Below the pieces are notes generated by a model. The model searched no databases. It had not been told where the DNA came from and worked only from the letters and a program-made list of their open reading frames with translations. Source: a virus. Taken from it: a stretch of 64,000 nt of DNA. Below, piece by piece: positions 1 to 10,607 of this stretch. Within the stretch, counting starts at the first letter, position 1. Every line of letters starts with the position of its first letter. Location of the stretch: positions 3,492-67,491 of IMG/VR virus record IMGVR_UViG_3300020182_000028; one strand, written 5' to 3'. The position numbers and the translations under genes were made by a program.

Positions 1-9
1 GTAAATTGG

Positions 10-495
10 ATGGCTTTCGGTAATGGAGGTAGCAATTCTACTTCTACATTAGAATATCGTGCACCTAGAGTTTTTGGTAACTATGATCAATTACCCATAA
101 CGTCAAGTAATTCTACACTTTATTCAAAGATGTATGAACAAGAAACTGTTAATACTGTATACTATGCAGGCCAAGCAATGGATAGCATAGAATCAGTTCC
201 AGAAAATACTGCAAAGATTGTATGTTCAGTTGAAGTAAACCACTCTGCATATGAAGAAGCAGTTAAAACAGTTGATCCAAGTTTATCGTTGCCCGAAACA
301 GATAGTTCACCTGATACACAGAGTACAAATGCTTTTACTATAGATGAAATTGGTCTTATGTCTGGTGTTACCAGTGACAGATTTATGGATGAATCAAAAA
401 CAACAATGTTGACTCATGTTACATTTCACCCTGTTTTATTATCATCTAATAGAACAATTATCATAGACTATACCATAACAATTCAAGTAAATTAA
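10..495 (+). CDS. Phage baseplate/tail-collar-type structural protein (possibly 5'-truncated by the window edge)
   Basis: C-terminal FTIDEIGL...LTHVTFHPVL...RTIIIDYTITI pattern typical of tail-collar/baseplate fibre-attachment proteins; followed by a GGAG SD for the next gene. Confidence 0.5.
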   Translation: MAFGNGGSNSTSTLEYRAPRVFGNYDQLPITSSNSTLYSKMYEQETVNTVYYAGQAMDSIESVPENTAKIVCSVEVNHSAYEEAVKTVDPSLSLPETDSSPDTQSTNAFTIDEIGLMSGVTSDRFMDESKTTMLTHVTFHPVLLSSNRTIIIDYTITIQVN

Positions 496-505
496 GGAGT
501 GGTGG

Positions 506-1579
506 ATGTCCCCGCAAAGTTATCCCCTAAGTAGCCAATTCACATCTGATGATTTTAATTTGTTAGCAAATGATATTAATGAAATCGTTGGTATTGGTGC
601 AGGCGATGCAGGTTATGGTCAAAATCAATTATTTGTTAATCATGTCAACAAAGGACAAAGATTAATGAAGAAAAACTGGATGGACCTTTTTTACGCTATA
701 ACTTTTGCAGCATCACATCAAGGAACAGAACTTACAACTCCTGCTAATATATATGAAGGTGATTTTGAAACACTTGATGATATAGTTTATCATAAAGATA
801 CTATCGAAGCAGATATAAAAACTATTAGGCAAAATAAACTTCAATCTGATATAGGAAAAATGTCACTACAGAATAACGTGTCTAGTGTATTACAGACTTA
901 TGGAAATCCTACTGAAATTTCAGATCCAGATATGATATGGCTAACTTCAAATATTGGCAAGAACATGGTATTTAAAACTTCATTTGATACCGATGATGCA
1001 CGAAGATGGCACTTTAATGCAGGCGGTGATATTAGAATTTCTGCAGAATTATTGATAGACAGTGCACTATTATATATTCCTAGTATTGCTTGGTATAATC
1101 TTTTTAACTCAATCGGCGTTGTAATCATTAAACATTCCGAAACTGTTTCTTCTAATCAGATTGGTTTGCCCGGACCTGGATTTAACGGACTAACTACAGA
1201 ATGGCAAACTATTTACACACGTGTTTATTCTGAATTAGAAAGTCCAAGTTTCTTTGGTAATTCTGTTACGATTTATGCAAAACTTTCAGATAATGGCGGT
1301 ATAGAAATAGATTTGACATTAACCAATTGTGACACAATTGGCGGTAATAATGGATATAATGGATATAATGGATATAATGAATACAGTGATTATTATTGCG
1401 GCGCAGGTGTATTAGATACTGATCCAATAGGAACTACAAATGGACCATTTGTATCTGGTGAACTATCTGTTAGAATTTCACAAAAAAGAGCGGATGATGC
1501 ACACAGTAGTAATTTGGGAGTTGTTACTGAAATGCCAATTTATAGCATACTATCTTATATCTCAGAAATAAACAGTTAA
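506..1579 (+). CDS. Virion structural protein, tail-fibre/baseplate-associated
   Basis: 357 aa; N-terminal F..DDFN.L..DINEIVG.G.GD.GYGQ and G/S/T-rich beta-type C-terminus resemble jumbo-myophage fibre proteins; SD AAGGAG upstream. Confidence 0.5.
   Translation: MSPQSYPLSSQFTSDDFNLLANDINEIVGIGAGDAGYGQNQLFVNHVNKGQRLMKKNWMDLFYAITFAASHQGTELTTPANIYEGDFETLDDIVYHKDTIEADIKTIRQNKLQSDIGKMSLQNNVSSVLQTYGNPTEISDPDMIWLTSNIGKNMVFKTSFDTDDARRWHFNAGGDIRISAELLIDSALLYIPSIAWYNLFNSIGVVIIKHSETVSSNQIGLPGPGFNGLTTEWQTIYTRVYSELESPSFFGNSVTIYAKLSDNGGIEIDLTLTNCDTIGGNNGYNGYNGYNEYSDYYCGAGVLDTDPIGTTNGPFVSGELSVRISQKRADDAHSSNLGVVTEMPIYSILSYISEINS
1349..1384 (+). repeat. 9-bp tandem repeat (AATGGATAT x3 + AATGAATAC) encoding NGY-NGY-NGY-NEY
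   Basis: Read directly in the sequence. Confidence 0.9.
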
Positions 1580-1595
1580 TTATTTTAAATTAGTA

Positions 1596-1624
1596 TTGAC
1601 ATTTTAACCTTGTTATGCTATTAT
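1596..1624 (+). promoter_or_regulatory. Sigma70-type promoter upstream of the glycosyltransferase/radical-SAM cluster
   Basis: TTGACA-17 nt-TATTAT in the intergenic gap before ORF 1654. Confidence 0.7.
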
Positions 1625-1653
1625 TGATAGTATTAATATAGTGGAATTATGCA

Positions 1654-1998
1654 ATGGATGATTTGGAAGATATATTATCGTATAGAAATACGATGCGAAC
1701 ATTTAACCTAAATAAAAAGGTTATGCAAGATAAAGTTTCTAGTATTCTAATACATCATGAAAATGGTGGATCGTTTGATATTACTCAGGAACTTATTGGG
1801 TTCTTAAACTATGCAGTACAAAATAACAAGACAAGTATCGTTGTTCTTGATAGGAATAATTTGCCTATAAAAATAAATGATATTAGTAAATTATTGGAAA
1901 CCATATCTAGTAAATATTTTGAAGCAATCAATGACTTTTATATACAGTATGAACAATTGCGTAGTTCATCTAATATTAAGGTAGCATTAGAAATATAA
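1654..1998 (+). CDS. Hypothetical protein
   Basis: 114 aa ORF, coupled to the next gene (TAATG overlap). Confidence 0.6.
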   Translation: MDDLEDILSYRNTMRTFNLNKKVMQDKVSSILIHHENGGSFDITQELIGFLNYAVQNNKTSIVVLDRNNLPIKINDISKLLETISSKYFEAINDFYIQYEQLRSSSNIKVALEI

Positions 1999-2858
1999 TG
2001 AATGGTATAATAATATTTTCACACAACAATGGATATATTGATTATGTAAAGATAGCATGTGCAAGTGCAGGCTATGCTAGAAGAAATTTGTCTGGATTTG
2101 ATGAAATATGTTTAATTACAGATGAAGAATCATTATCAGATAATAAAGAATTAGTTGATATGTATTTTGATAGAGTTATAAAAATACCAGTCCCTAAAGA
2201 TTCTACTATGCGTATGTATCATGACACTCATAGTAATAAAGAACCAGCTAAATTTATCAATACTAATAGAGGCAATGTATATGACTTATCACCATATGAT
2301 GAAACTCTAGTAATCGATTGCGATTACTTTGCCATGACCAATGTATTAGATGGTGTATGGGGAAGTAAAAATGATTTTATGATTACTAAGAATTACTCTG
2401 ATATTAGTAATGATACTAAAAATGATATTACTAAAATATCTGATACTAGTATTGATATGTATTGGGCAACAATACTTTACTTTCGAAAGAGTGAATTTTC
2501 TAAAACATTATTTAAATTGGTTGATATCATAAAAAATAATTGGCAGTGGTATTATATAAGATACTCATGTAATATAAAGTTATACAGAAATGATCATACA
2601 TTTTCAATAGCATTGCATATTATTACCAATGGTAGTAATGATACTGTGCCGGAATTGCCCATGCATCGATTAATGAATAGTTTTGATACAGATAAAATTT
2701 TTAGAATTGATGGACCTGCTAATATATTAATGTTAACTGCGATGAATAAAAAATCCAAAAACATGGTCAGACTTCAACAATCTGATTTGCATATTATGAA
2801 CAAACAAAGCATTCTGAATCATATAGATAATTTCTTTGAATACGGTGATTGTAAATGA
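1998..2858 (+). CDS. Glycosyltransferase-like protein (GT-A fold)
   Basis: CLITD start strand, SPYDETLVIDCDY (DxD), WATILYF, RNDHTFSIALH and late H motif (LHIMNK) as in GT8-like enzymes. Confidence 0.65.
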   Translation: MNGIIIFSHNNGYIDYVKIACASAGYARRNLSGFDEICLITDEESLSDNKELVDMYFDRVIKIPVPKDSTMRMYHDTHSNKEPAKFINTNRGNVYDLSPYDETLVIDCDYFAMTNVLDGVWGSKNDFMITKNYSDISNDTKNDITKISDTSIDMYWATILYFRKSEFSKTLFKLVDIIKNNWQWYYIRYSCNIKLYRNDHTFSIALHIITNGSNDTVPELPMHRLMNSFDTDKIFRIDGPANILMLTAMNKKSKNMVRLQQSDLHIMNKQSILNHIDNFFEYGDCK

Positions 2859-3703
2859 GTAAAGGTTATATTATAATTGCACAAAATTCTGATGTTGATT
2901 ATTTACGTATGGCATATGCATTAGCGTTGAGCATTAAGGCAACGCAAGATGTGAATTCTGTATGTTTATGTGTTGATAATACAACAAATGACAGATTGGA
3001 ACAAAAGCATTTTGATGTATTTGATTACGTTATTGATATACCCTGGGATGATGATGCGTTATCTTCTAAATGGAAAATAGAAAACAAATGGAAGTATATT
3101 CATATGTCGCCATTTGACCAAACTATTATACTTGATTCAGACCAGTTGTTCACTGCATCAGTTGATCATTGGTGGGATATTTTAAACAAATATGATCTGT
3201 GCTTATGTTCAAACCCAAGAACATTTAGAGACCAACCCATAACAAGTGATTACTATCGTAAAAAGTTCACATCTTGTGATTTACCTGATGTATATAGTAA
3301 TTTTACTTACTTTAACAAATCTACAAAGTCATTCAGTTATTTCCGTTTGGTACAAGATATTATGGAAAATTGGAACTATTATTATACTATATTTTTGAAT
3401 GATCAAGGACAGGATTGGATAAGTGCAGATGTTGCATTTTCTCTTGCTGCAAAGTTGCTACAAATAGATTCTATTAATACTGACATTCCAGTGCTTAAAT
3501 TTATACATATGAAAAGTTATGTACAAGATATACCAAAAAAAAGTATATCCTCTAATTGGAATAAAACACTACCAAGTTATGTAACAGATGATTTGAGAAT
3601 TTTCGTTAACAACCAGGAACTATTATTGCCGTTTCATTATGTAGAAAAGGATTGGCTTACAGATACTATTATTAAAAAGTATGAGGACATTTTCTATGTT
3701 TGA
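2855..3703 (+). CDS. Glycosyltransferase-like protein (GT-A fold), paralogue of 1998..2858
   Basis: SPFDQTIILDSDQ (DxD), ISADVAFSLAAK, FIHMK, PFHYVEK. Confidence 0.65.
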   Translation: MSKGYIIIAQNSDVDYLRMAYALALSIKATQDVNSVCLCVDNTTNDRLEQKHFDVFDYVIDIPWDDDALSSKWKIENKWKYIHMSPFDQTIILDSDQLFTASVDHWWDILNKYDLCLCSNPRTFRDQPITSDYYRKKFTSCDLPDVYSNFTYFNKSTKSFSYFRLVQDIMENWNYYYTIFLNDQGQDWISADVAFSLAAKLLQIDSINTDIPVLKFIHMKSYVQDIPKKSISSNWNKTLPSYVTDDLRIFVNNQELLLPFHYVEKDWLTDTIIKKYEDIFYV

Positions 3704-4271
3704 GTGCGTAAATAATTCAAATAATTTAGATGATTGTAAGATAGTATATTTTGATACTACTGGGAATATCCAATCAATTGAAAACCGTATAATACAAGAC
3801 AGTGAAAATATATATGTATATTTCAGAACATCTGACATTAGTATTTTCTTAGATGGGACTACGAACATAGATGATTATCATATCATTTATAAAAATGACA
3901 CAATGAGTTACCACATTGTTCGTAAAGATAGCAAAAAACTTATATCTATAAAAAATAACTTTACAAAAAAATTAGAAATACATAAAGAGCCTACTATTAT
4001 GATTGACATTACATACAGAGGATTTTCATTTCAATTAGTTGAAGATATTTTAGGTCAAACTGAGTTGCTAAAAAGACTTAATCAAAATTTTTATGTTACA
4101 TTATATGAAGAACCAGATTTTATTATTGACACAATAAATTTAAACTATGAAAATTTAATTTCTGGCGAAAGATATCTAATTGATTACCAACATAAATATA
4201 ACAAGATAAGTATGTATATAACTCAAGAATTATTAAAAACTTACTCACTGGAGGATAAAAGAATAGCATGA
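3681..4271 (+). CDS. Hypothetical protein
   Basis: 196 aa ORF overlapping both neighbours in the operon. Confidence 0.55.
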   Translation: MRTFSMFECVNNSNNLDDCKIVYFDTTGNIQSIENRIIQDSENIYVYFRTSDISIFLDGTTNIDDYHIIYKNDTMSYHIVRKDSKKLISIKNNFTKKLEIHKEPTIMIDITYRGFSFQLVEDILGQTELLKRLNQNFYVTLYEEPDFIIDTINLNYENLISGERYLIDYQHKYNKISMYITQELLKTYSLEDKRIA

Positions 4272-5224
4272 CTACAATTACCATAAAACACTTAGATATA
4301 TTTTATCTTAGCTATGATGAACCCAACAAAGAAGAACATTATGCTGACTTATTAAAAAAATATCCACAAGCAAAACGTATTGATGGAGTTAAAGGATTTG
4401 ACAACGCACATAAAGCTTGTGCACGTGCTAGTAATACAGACAGATTTATAACTATTGATGGTGATAATATTGTTGACAAAAAATTCTTTGATCTTGTATT
4501 GAATTTTCCTGAGAATACAGATTTAAGCCGCAGTGTCATATCCTGGGGAGCAAAGAATTTAACCAATGGCCTAGTATATGGCAACGGTGGCATTAAATGT
4601 TGGCCTGTTAAACTTGTATTAGATATGAAGACACATGAAAATGCAGATAATGAAACTAAGAAACTAGATTTCTGCTGGGACTTAGATTACAAGCAAATGA
4701 ATAATACTTATTCAATGATATTCAACAGTGGATCTCCATTCCAAGCGTTTCGTAGCGGATTCCGAGAAGGTGTTAAGATGTCTCTGGATGAAGGCAAAAT
4801 TATTGATCCCTCTAAATTTAAAACTAAAGTTTGGCCAAAGAATTATCATAGATTACTTACCTGGTGTAACATTGGGGCAGATATAGAAAATGGGCTATGG
4901 TCAATATACGGAGCACGATTAGGGTGTTATAATATAAATTTTGATGGTAATTTTACTGCTGAAAGTATTAGTGACTATGATTGGTTCAAATCATATTTTC
5001 ATAACGAAATATATCCACAGTTTGTATCGGATGATTCTGAAACTGATTTTGACTTATTATATGATAAAACATTAGAATTGGGAGACAGTCTAGTAGATAA
5101 GTTGGGAATGGAATTATGTGATCCAACTGTAGAAATGTCAAACTTTTTTAAATTAGTATACGTAAATCCCAAACGTGTATGGAATCCACTGGCAACTGAA
5201 AAATCAACCGGTTGGGACAAATAA
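4268..5224 (+). CDS. Glycosyltransferase-like protein (GT-A, DGDN motif)
   Basis: DIFYLSYDEP...GVKGFDNAHKA...FITIDGDN (DxD), LVYGNGGIK; clear paralogue of 18662..19753. Confidence 0.6.
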   Translation: MTTITIKHLDIFYLSYDEPNKEEHYADLLKKYPQAKRIDGVKGFDNAHKACARASNTDRFITIDGDNIVDKKFFDLVLNFPENTDLSRSVISWGAKNLTNGLVYGNGGIKCWPVKLVLDMKTHENADNETKKLDFCWDLDYKQMNNTYSMIFNSGSPFQAFRSGFREGVKMSLDEGKIIDPSKFKTKVWPKNYHRLLTWCNIGADIENGLWSIYGARLGCYNINFDGNFTAESISDYDWFKSYFHNEIYPQFVSDDSETDFDLLYDKTLELGDSLVDKLGMELCDPTVEMSNFFKLVYVNPKRVWNPLATEKSTGWDK

Positions 5225-5311
5225 TATTATACACCGTACGATAATTATGGTTAAGAAAATCAGATTATTGTATAAACCAGTAGATGAAGTAGCAAAAAGA
5301 AAATACTAAAC

Positions 5312-5401
5312 ATGGATATTATTTTAATTGCAGTAATCTTTTCAGCATTGATCGGATACTGGGCAGAGAGGGTACTGCTAAGGCTAAGAAAGAACAAATG
5401 A
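5312..5401 (+). CDS. Possible small membrane peptide (29 aa; not in ORF track)
   Basis: Hand-translated MDIILIAVIFSALIGYWAERVLLRLRKNK: hydrophobic helix plus basic tail; no clear SD. Confidence 0.3.
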   Translation: MDIILIAVIFSALIGYWAERVLLRLRKNK

Positions 5402-5427
5402 AAAATAAAAAAGATAAGAGTATATAA

Positions 5428-7002
5428 ATGGGACAATATGAAGACGAAGCAATTGATGCGAGAGAATCACTGAACAAGATATCGGCATCAATGTGTATGG
5501 CCAAATGGTTACAAGTAAGTTTACATTTACCTCAGGGTAGAACCCACAGTTGCTATCACCCACCAACACACTCAATTCCATTAAATGAACTAAAAAAAGA
5601 TGTGGGCGCACTACATAACACTGAGTTTAAAATGCAAGAGCGCAAGCAAATGTTAAACGGTGAAAGACCTGCCGGATGCCAGTATTGCTGGAATGTAGAA
5701 GATGCGCCGGATGCACCGTCGGGTGGACGATTGAGTGATCGGCATTATCGTTCAAGTGAATGGTGGGCACAAGAAGCGTGGAATGAAGTAGTTAATAATC
5801 CATTCGATCACAAAATTACTCCACGATATGTAGAAGTTAATTTTAATCAAGCATGTAATCTTAAATGCAGTTATTGTGCACCACACTTGAGCACCGCCTG
5901 GGAAGACGATATTAAAAAACACGGTAATTTTAAATTTGCTAGTGGAACAGTACATAATGATATTCCTACATTAAAAAAAGCGGGTTGGATGCCACTTGAT
6001 GTTGCACGAAAGGATAACCCATACGTTTCTGCGTTTTGGGAATGGTTCCCTGTGGTATACAAGGATTTGAAAGTCTTTCGTATGACAGGCGGCGAACCTC
6101 TTATGGATAAAAATACATTTAAGATTTTAGATTATGTGAATAGTAATCCCAATTCTTCATTAGACTTGAGCATCACATCTAATATGTCACCGCCGGATCC
6201 AAAACTGTTTGATAGGTTTATAGAAAAGATAAAAACACTAGAAGAAGTTAGAGTATGGGAAGATCCAGATAAATTTAATTCAGATTCTGGTAATAATTGG
6301 TATGTAGCACCTGCTTGTAAACACTTTAGTTTATTTGTAAGTGTTGACAGTGTGGGTAAGCAAGCAGAATACTTACGTGACGGACTAGACTTTGATACAA
6401 TGTATGAAAACTGTCGAAGATTTCTAAGAGAGACTAGTGGCACTGAAATATCATTTATTAACACATTTAATTTACTAAGTATTCCAAATTTAAGGGGATT
6501 CTTACAAATGATATTAGATTTAAGAGAAGAGTTTGGTTATGATAACCAAGATGACTTTTCATTTCAACCACCAGACCATAATGGATATGTTCACCCACCG
6601 TTTATACGAAAAAAAAGACAGAGAATATGGTTTGATATTCCATACTTACGCTTTCCAGACTGGATGACAATTCAATTAGCAGACGATATGCTACTTGATA
6701 TGATACAAGACAATATCAACTTTATGAAACAGAATGTACTGTCAAATGAGGATTATAATATATCATATAATGGGTTTAAAAATTACGAAGTCCTAAAACT
6801 TGAACGAGATTTATCTTGGGCAAAACAAGGAATAAACATGAGTGATGAACAATTAAGTATAAATATTATTAAATTCTATGAATACTTTACTGAGTATGAT
6901 CGTAGGCGTGGTAAAAACTTTTTAGATACGTTTCCAGAAATGACTGAATTTTGGAATGAATCTAAAGAAGAATATGAGGAAAATCATGGCAAGAGACTTT
7001 AA
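5428..7002 (+). CDS. Radical SAM protein with N-terminal twitch/SPASM-like domain (rSAM 1)
   Basis: CNLKCSYC (CxxxCxxC), MTGGEPL, N-terminal CMAKW...SCYHP...GCQYCW. Confidence 0.9.
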   Translation: MGQYEDEAIDARESLNKISASMCMAKWLQVSLHLPQGRTHSCYHPPTHSIPLNELKKDVGALHNTEFKMQERKQMLNGERPAGCQYCWNVEDAPDAPSGGRLSDRHYRSSEWWAQEAWNEVVNNPFDHKITPRYVEVNFNQACNLKCSYCAPHLSTAWEDDIKKHGNFKFASGTVHNDIPTLKKAGWMPLDVARKDNPYVSAFWEWFPVVYKDLKVFRMTGGEPLMDKNTFKILDYVNSNPNSSLDLSITSNMSPPDPKLFDRFIEKIKTLEEVRVWEDPDKFNSDSGNNWYVAPACKHFSLFVSVDSVGKQAEYLRDGLDFDTMYENCRRFLRETSGTEISFINTFNLLSIPNLRGFLQMILDLREEFGYDNQDDFSFQPPDHNGYVHPPFIRKKRQRIWFDIPYLRFPDWMTIQLADDMLLDMIQDNINFMKQNVLSNEDYNISYNGFKNYEVLKLERDLSWAKQGINMSDEQLSINIIKFYEYFTEYDRRRGKNFLDTFPEMTEFWNESKEEYEENHGKRL

Positions 7003-8476
7003 AAATGGCGAAACACTACACCAATTCAAAGAACGTGTAATTGATACTATAAGTGATAGTTATTGTGCTGCAAAATGGTACAATGCAACTATTTGGTTAG
7101 GCCACGGCCAAACTGCAAGTTGCCATCATCCCCCTAGTCATAAAATTCCTTTGGAAGAATTGAAAGATAATCCATCCGCAATTCATAATACTATGCATAA
7201 GAAAAAGTTGCGTAAAATGATGCTTAATGGTGATCGTCCCAGTGAATGCGAATATTGTTGGAAAATTGAAGATATGGGAAAAAATCACATCAGTGATCGT
7301 ACCTTCAAAACAGAAACAGTTCCAGAAGATAAAATTTTAGAAAGTGTGTCGGCGAAATGGGATGATAATCCGACACTGACAACACTTGAAATATCGTTTG
7401 ATAGAGCATGCAATCTCAAATGTAGTTATTGTAATCCTACATTCAGCACTGCGTGGGTAAAAGATATTAATACATATGGACCATATGTTGATATTCAGAG
7501 TGATGGCCGCGGACACTTTGAAACAAACGCTCCCTGGGCTGAACCTCCAACCAAGAGAGAAGAAGATAATCCATATATCCAAGCCTTTCATAAATGGTGG
7601 GATGATGAATTATCTGAAACATTGGATGAAATTAGATTGACTGGTGGCGAACCAATAATGCACACTGGTACTTGGAAACTATTTGATTGGTTCGAAGCTA
7701 ATCAAGATTCTGAAATGAGATTTGCTATTAATAGTAATCTTTCGCCTGATTCACCTAAGGTATTAGACAAACTAATTGAAAAGGCACAGTTTATAAAAAA
7801 ATTATATATATATACATCAGCAGAAGCGACAAAAGATGCTGCTGAATATATTCGTGATGGGCTAAACTATGATCTATGGAAAAATAATATGGATCGTGTT
7901 ATGAATGAAACAAATGCCGGAATGCACATGATGATGACAATTAATTCATTATGCTTGCCGACAATAACTGATTTCTTAGATGAAATGTTAGATCTAAAAG
8001 AAAAATGGGGACACAGGGCACCGATGTTGAGTTTAAATATACTTAGATTCCCATCATTCCAAAGTGCTGCTATTCTGCCTCCAGAATTGAAATCTATATA
8101 CAAAGAACAATTACAAGATTGGTTTTTAGGAGAACGTGCACAAAAATTATGTGGCGACATCGAAAAAGCTAATATTGCAAGACTTATTGATTATCTAGAT
8201 ATAGTAAAGACTCCTCATAAGAATACATCTGAAACTGAAAAATTACACCATGACTTTAAAACGTTTTATACGCAATATGATATTAGAAGAGGCAAGAATT
8301 TTTCCGAAACATTCAAGGGGCCGTTAGCAGACTGGTTCGAATCTATCGATATTATAGTTCCAACAAAGAAAGAAATCTTAGATCGTACATTTGTTTCTAG
8401 TATGCCTGCAAGACTCAGAACTAGCCCATCAACTGTTGAACAATATTCTGGCGGCGACGATGATCATGAGATTTAG
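6986..8476 (+). CDS. Radical SAM protein with N-terminal twitch/SPASM-like domain (rSAM 2), paralogue of rSAM 1
   Basis: CNLKCSYC, LTGGEPI, CAAKW...SCHHP...ECEYCW; start moved to MARDFK (GAGGA SD) from ORF-track 6956. Confidence 0.9.
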   Translation: MARDFKNGETLHQFKERVIDTISDSYCAAKWYNATIWLGHGQTASCHHPPSHKIPLEELKDNPSAIHNTMHKKKLRKMMLNGDRPSECEYCWKIEDMGKNHISDRTFKTETVPEDKILESVSAKWDDNPTLTTLEISFDRACNLKCSYCNPTFSTAWVKDINTYGPYVDIQSDGRGHFETNAPWAEPPTKREEDNPYIQAFHKWWDDELSETLDEIRLTGGEPIMHTGTWKLFDWFEANQDSEMRFAINSNLSPDSPKVLDKLIEKAQFIKKLYIYTSAEATKDAAEYIRDGLNYDLWKNNMDRVMNETNAGMHMMMTINSLCLPTITDFLDEMLDLKEKWGHRAPMLSLNILRFPSFQSAAILPPELKSIYKEQLQDWFLGERAQKLCGDIEKANIARLIDYLDIVKTPHKNTSETEKLHHDFKTFYTQYDIRRGKNFSETFKGPLADWFESIDIIVPTKKEILDRTFVSSMPARLRTSPSTVEQYSGGDDDHEI

Positions 8477-8480
8477 ATAG

Positions 8481-10592
8481 ATGTTTATCCATATTGATTA
8501 TACTCTTCGTGAATGTATCATTGAATTTGTACTATCTGAATTTAAAAATAAAAGAATATATGAATTGGATTCTGTTGCAAAACAACAAATGGATGACATT
8601 GTTGATTCATTGGTAGATGATATCATACTTCTGATAGGGGGAAATAACGATCTATATGCTTATAAGAGTAGAGAATTTAATACAACACTTGTTGGTAATC
8701 ATTTTAAAATAAAAATATATACCGGTATATCTAAAAAAATTGCAAAAAATAATTACAAGTTAGCAGAACAATATTTGACAAATAGTTTTGCTGTACTTGA
8801 GCCAATTGAATTTGAAAATGACTGGTGCCGTGTCGAAGTTTATCGTTACATCGATGCTCCGAACGTTGAAAATTTATTATACTCAGATGCAATAATAGAT
8901 ATTGATGATATTAATAACAAGTTTGTTAGGTATGTTATTAATACCTATTATTCATCTATTGACGAACATGAGGATTGTTACTATTGTTATGATAGTAATA
9001 TGAGCAATTTTGTACTATCAACCGATGGCGAATTGACAAATATTGATTTTGATTTTATTTCCAAATATTCTTATCATCAGATGATACACGATGTTGTCTG
9101 GCAATGGTGCACATTCATGTTCTTAGATAATGATAATCCTCGACACGATAATAAAAATTCATATACATTGTCTTACATAGAAAATGGCAATGATATTTTT
9201 TCATTGGCAAACAGATTAATAGATGAAATCTATAAGAAAATTAGTAAAAATAGGCCTGATAAAAAGTTACAAATACCGTTACCATCAGCACCATATACAG
9301 ACTCAGTTCAAAATGAAATAACTGAATATAATAAAAAACAATTGATGGCTCAATACAAATTTAATTATCTGGGAAACCAGAATGCAAATCCAATGTTTGA
9401 ACATATGGCAAACTTTATAATGGATCATGATTGTACTAATATTCTAGATATAGCGTGTGGACATTCTAGAATTAATGAATTCCTAACTGATCACCAGTAT
9501 ACGCTACACGGAATAGATAATGATACTGGTGCTGTAGAATACGCAAATATTTTGTATCAAGACGATGATAATATCAATATATTTAATGATGATATTATGG
9601 AGATGATAGAAAGAGACACTGATGATAATTTTGATTGCATAGTTATATCAGGATTTTTGTATTATATGAAACCCGGAGCATTTAAATATTCTCCTAATGA
9701 GTTCATTGAAAAACTGGTTGAGAAGTTCAGTCCACAATACATTTTGGTATGTGAACCTCGCCCTAGTAAATCTTATTTAACCAGTGACTTATCTGAAGTA
9801 TTCAGTTCTTGGCGTTATCAAAGTAAATTCTTTGATTTGAATATACGTATGGGAGAACGAGTTGTGTATGCTTTACATACAGATACCAGACGATCAATAT
9901 ACGAAAGGGATATAGTAGCAGAATTTAATCCAGACAGTATACATAATCATCGTAAAGAACCCGATTATGATGATTCATTATTGTATAATAATGTTTATTT
10001 GACTAATACTGAAACACTTAAAGATGTAATACCATCTGATGCAACACATTATATTAGTGTGTGTGGTGGACTTAAATGTGTATACCAAGCGTGTATGGAT
10101 TGGGAGCCAGGAAGAGATTTCAAAATGACGTATATTGATGTTGTTCCAACTGCATTGGACTTTAGAATGTATTTTGATTTTCTGTACCCAAAAATTAGAA
10201 ATCTAACAGATGTTGCAAAATTCTATAAAAAAGACATTAATTCAGATGTATGGTTTGCAATGGGCGAAGGTAGACATCTATCAGAAGCAAATAATGTGTT
10301 ATACGAGCAACTTGAATATTTGAATATACAAGATAAATGGGATGATTTTATTCAAGCATATAACAAAATTGATAAAGAATACATAAGAATAGATGCGGTT
10401 AGTGATATTATTACACTTAATAATATTATTAAGAATGATACATCATCTAAACTATTTTGGTATAGTAATATACATGATTGGCATCAGTTTAGATACACGG
10501 AGGAAGACTTTGCTAGGTGGAAAGAAATACTACTGACATCTAACAATATAAAATTATTAGGTAAGGTACCTCCGTTTACGAGTTCTCCATAA
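8481..10592 (+). CDS. Multidomain protein: degenerate kinase-like N-terminus + class I SAM-dependent methyltransferase + unknown C-terminal domain
   Basis: ILDIACGHS (motif I) and GIDND (motif II) in the central part; DSNMSNFVL...IDFD resembles APH/choline-kinase catalytic and metal loops. Confidence 0.55.
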   Translation: MFIHIDYTLRECIIEFVLSEFKNKRIYELDSVAKQQMDDIVDSLVDDIILLIGGNNDLYAYKSREFNTTLVGNHFKIKIYTGISKKIAKNNYKLAEQYLTNSFAVLEPIEFENDWCRVEVYRYIDAPNVENLLYSDAIIDIDDINNKFVRYVINTYYSSIDEHEDCYYCYDSNMSNFVLSTDGELTNIDFDFISKYSYHQMIHDVVWQWCTFMFLDNDNPRHDNKNSYTLSYIENGNDIFSLANRLIDEIYKKISKNRPDKKLQIPLPSAPYTDSVQNEITEYNKKQLMAQYKFNYLGNQNANPMFEHMANFIMDHDCTNILDIACGHSRINEFLTDHQYTLHGIDNDTGAVEYANILYQDDDNINIFNDDIMEMIERDTDDNFDCIVISGFLYYMKPGAFKYSPNEFIEKLVEKFSPQYILVCEPRPSKSYLTSDLSEVFSSWRYQSKFFDLNIRMGERVVYALHTDTRRSIYERDIVAEFNPDSIHNHRKEPDYDDSLLYNNVYLTNTETLKDVIPSDATHYISVCGGLKCVYQACMDWEPGRDFKMTYIDVVPTALDFRMYFDFLYPKIRNLTDVAKFYKKDINSDVWFAMGEGRHLSEANNVLYEQLEYLNIQDKWDDFIQAYNKIDKEYIRIDAVSDIITLNNIIKNDTSSKLFWYSNIHDWHQFRYTEEDFARWKEILLTSNNIKLLGKVPPFTSSP

Positions 10593-10594
10593 AT

Positions 10595-10602
10595 AATAAA
10601 TA
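10595..10602 (+). promoter_or_regulatory. T4-like late promoter (AATAAATA), 5 nt before the ATG
   Basis: AATAAATA-ATTAT-ATG at 10608. Confidence 0.5.
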
Positions 10603-10607
10603 ATTAT

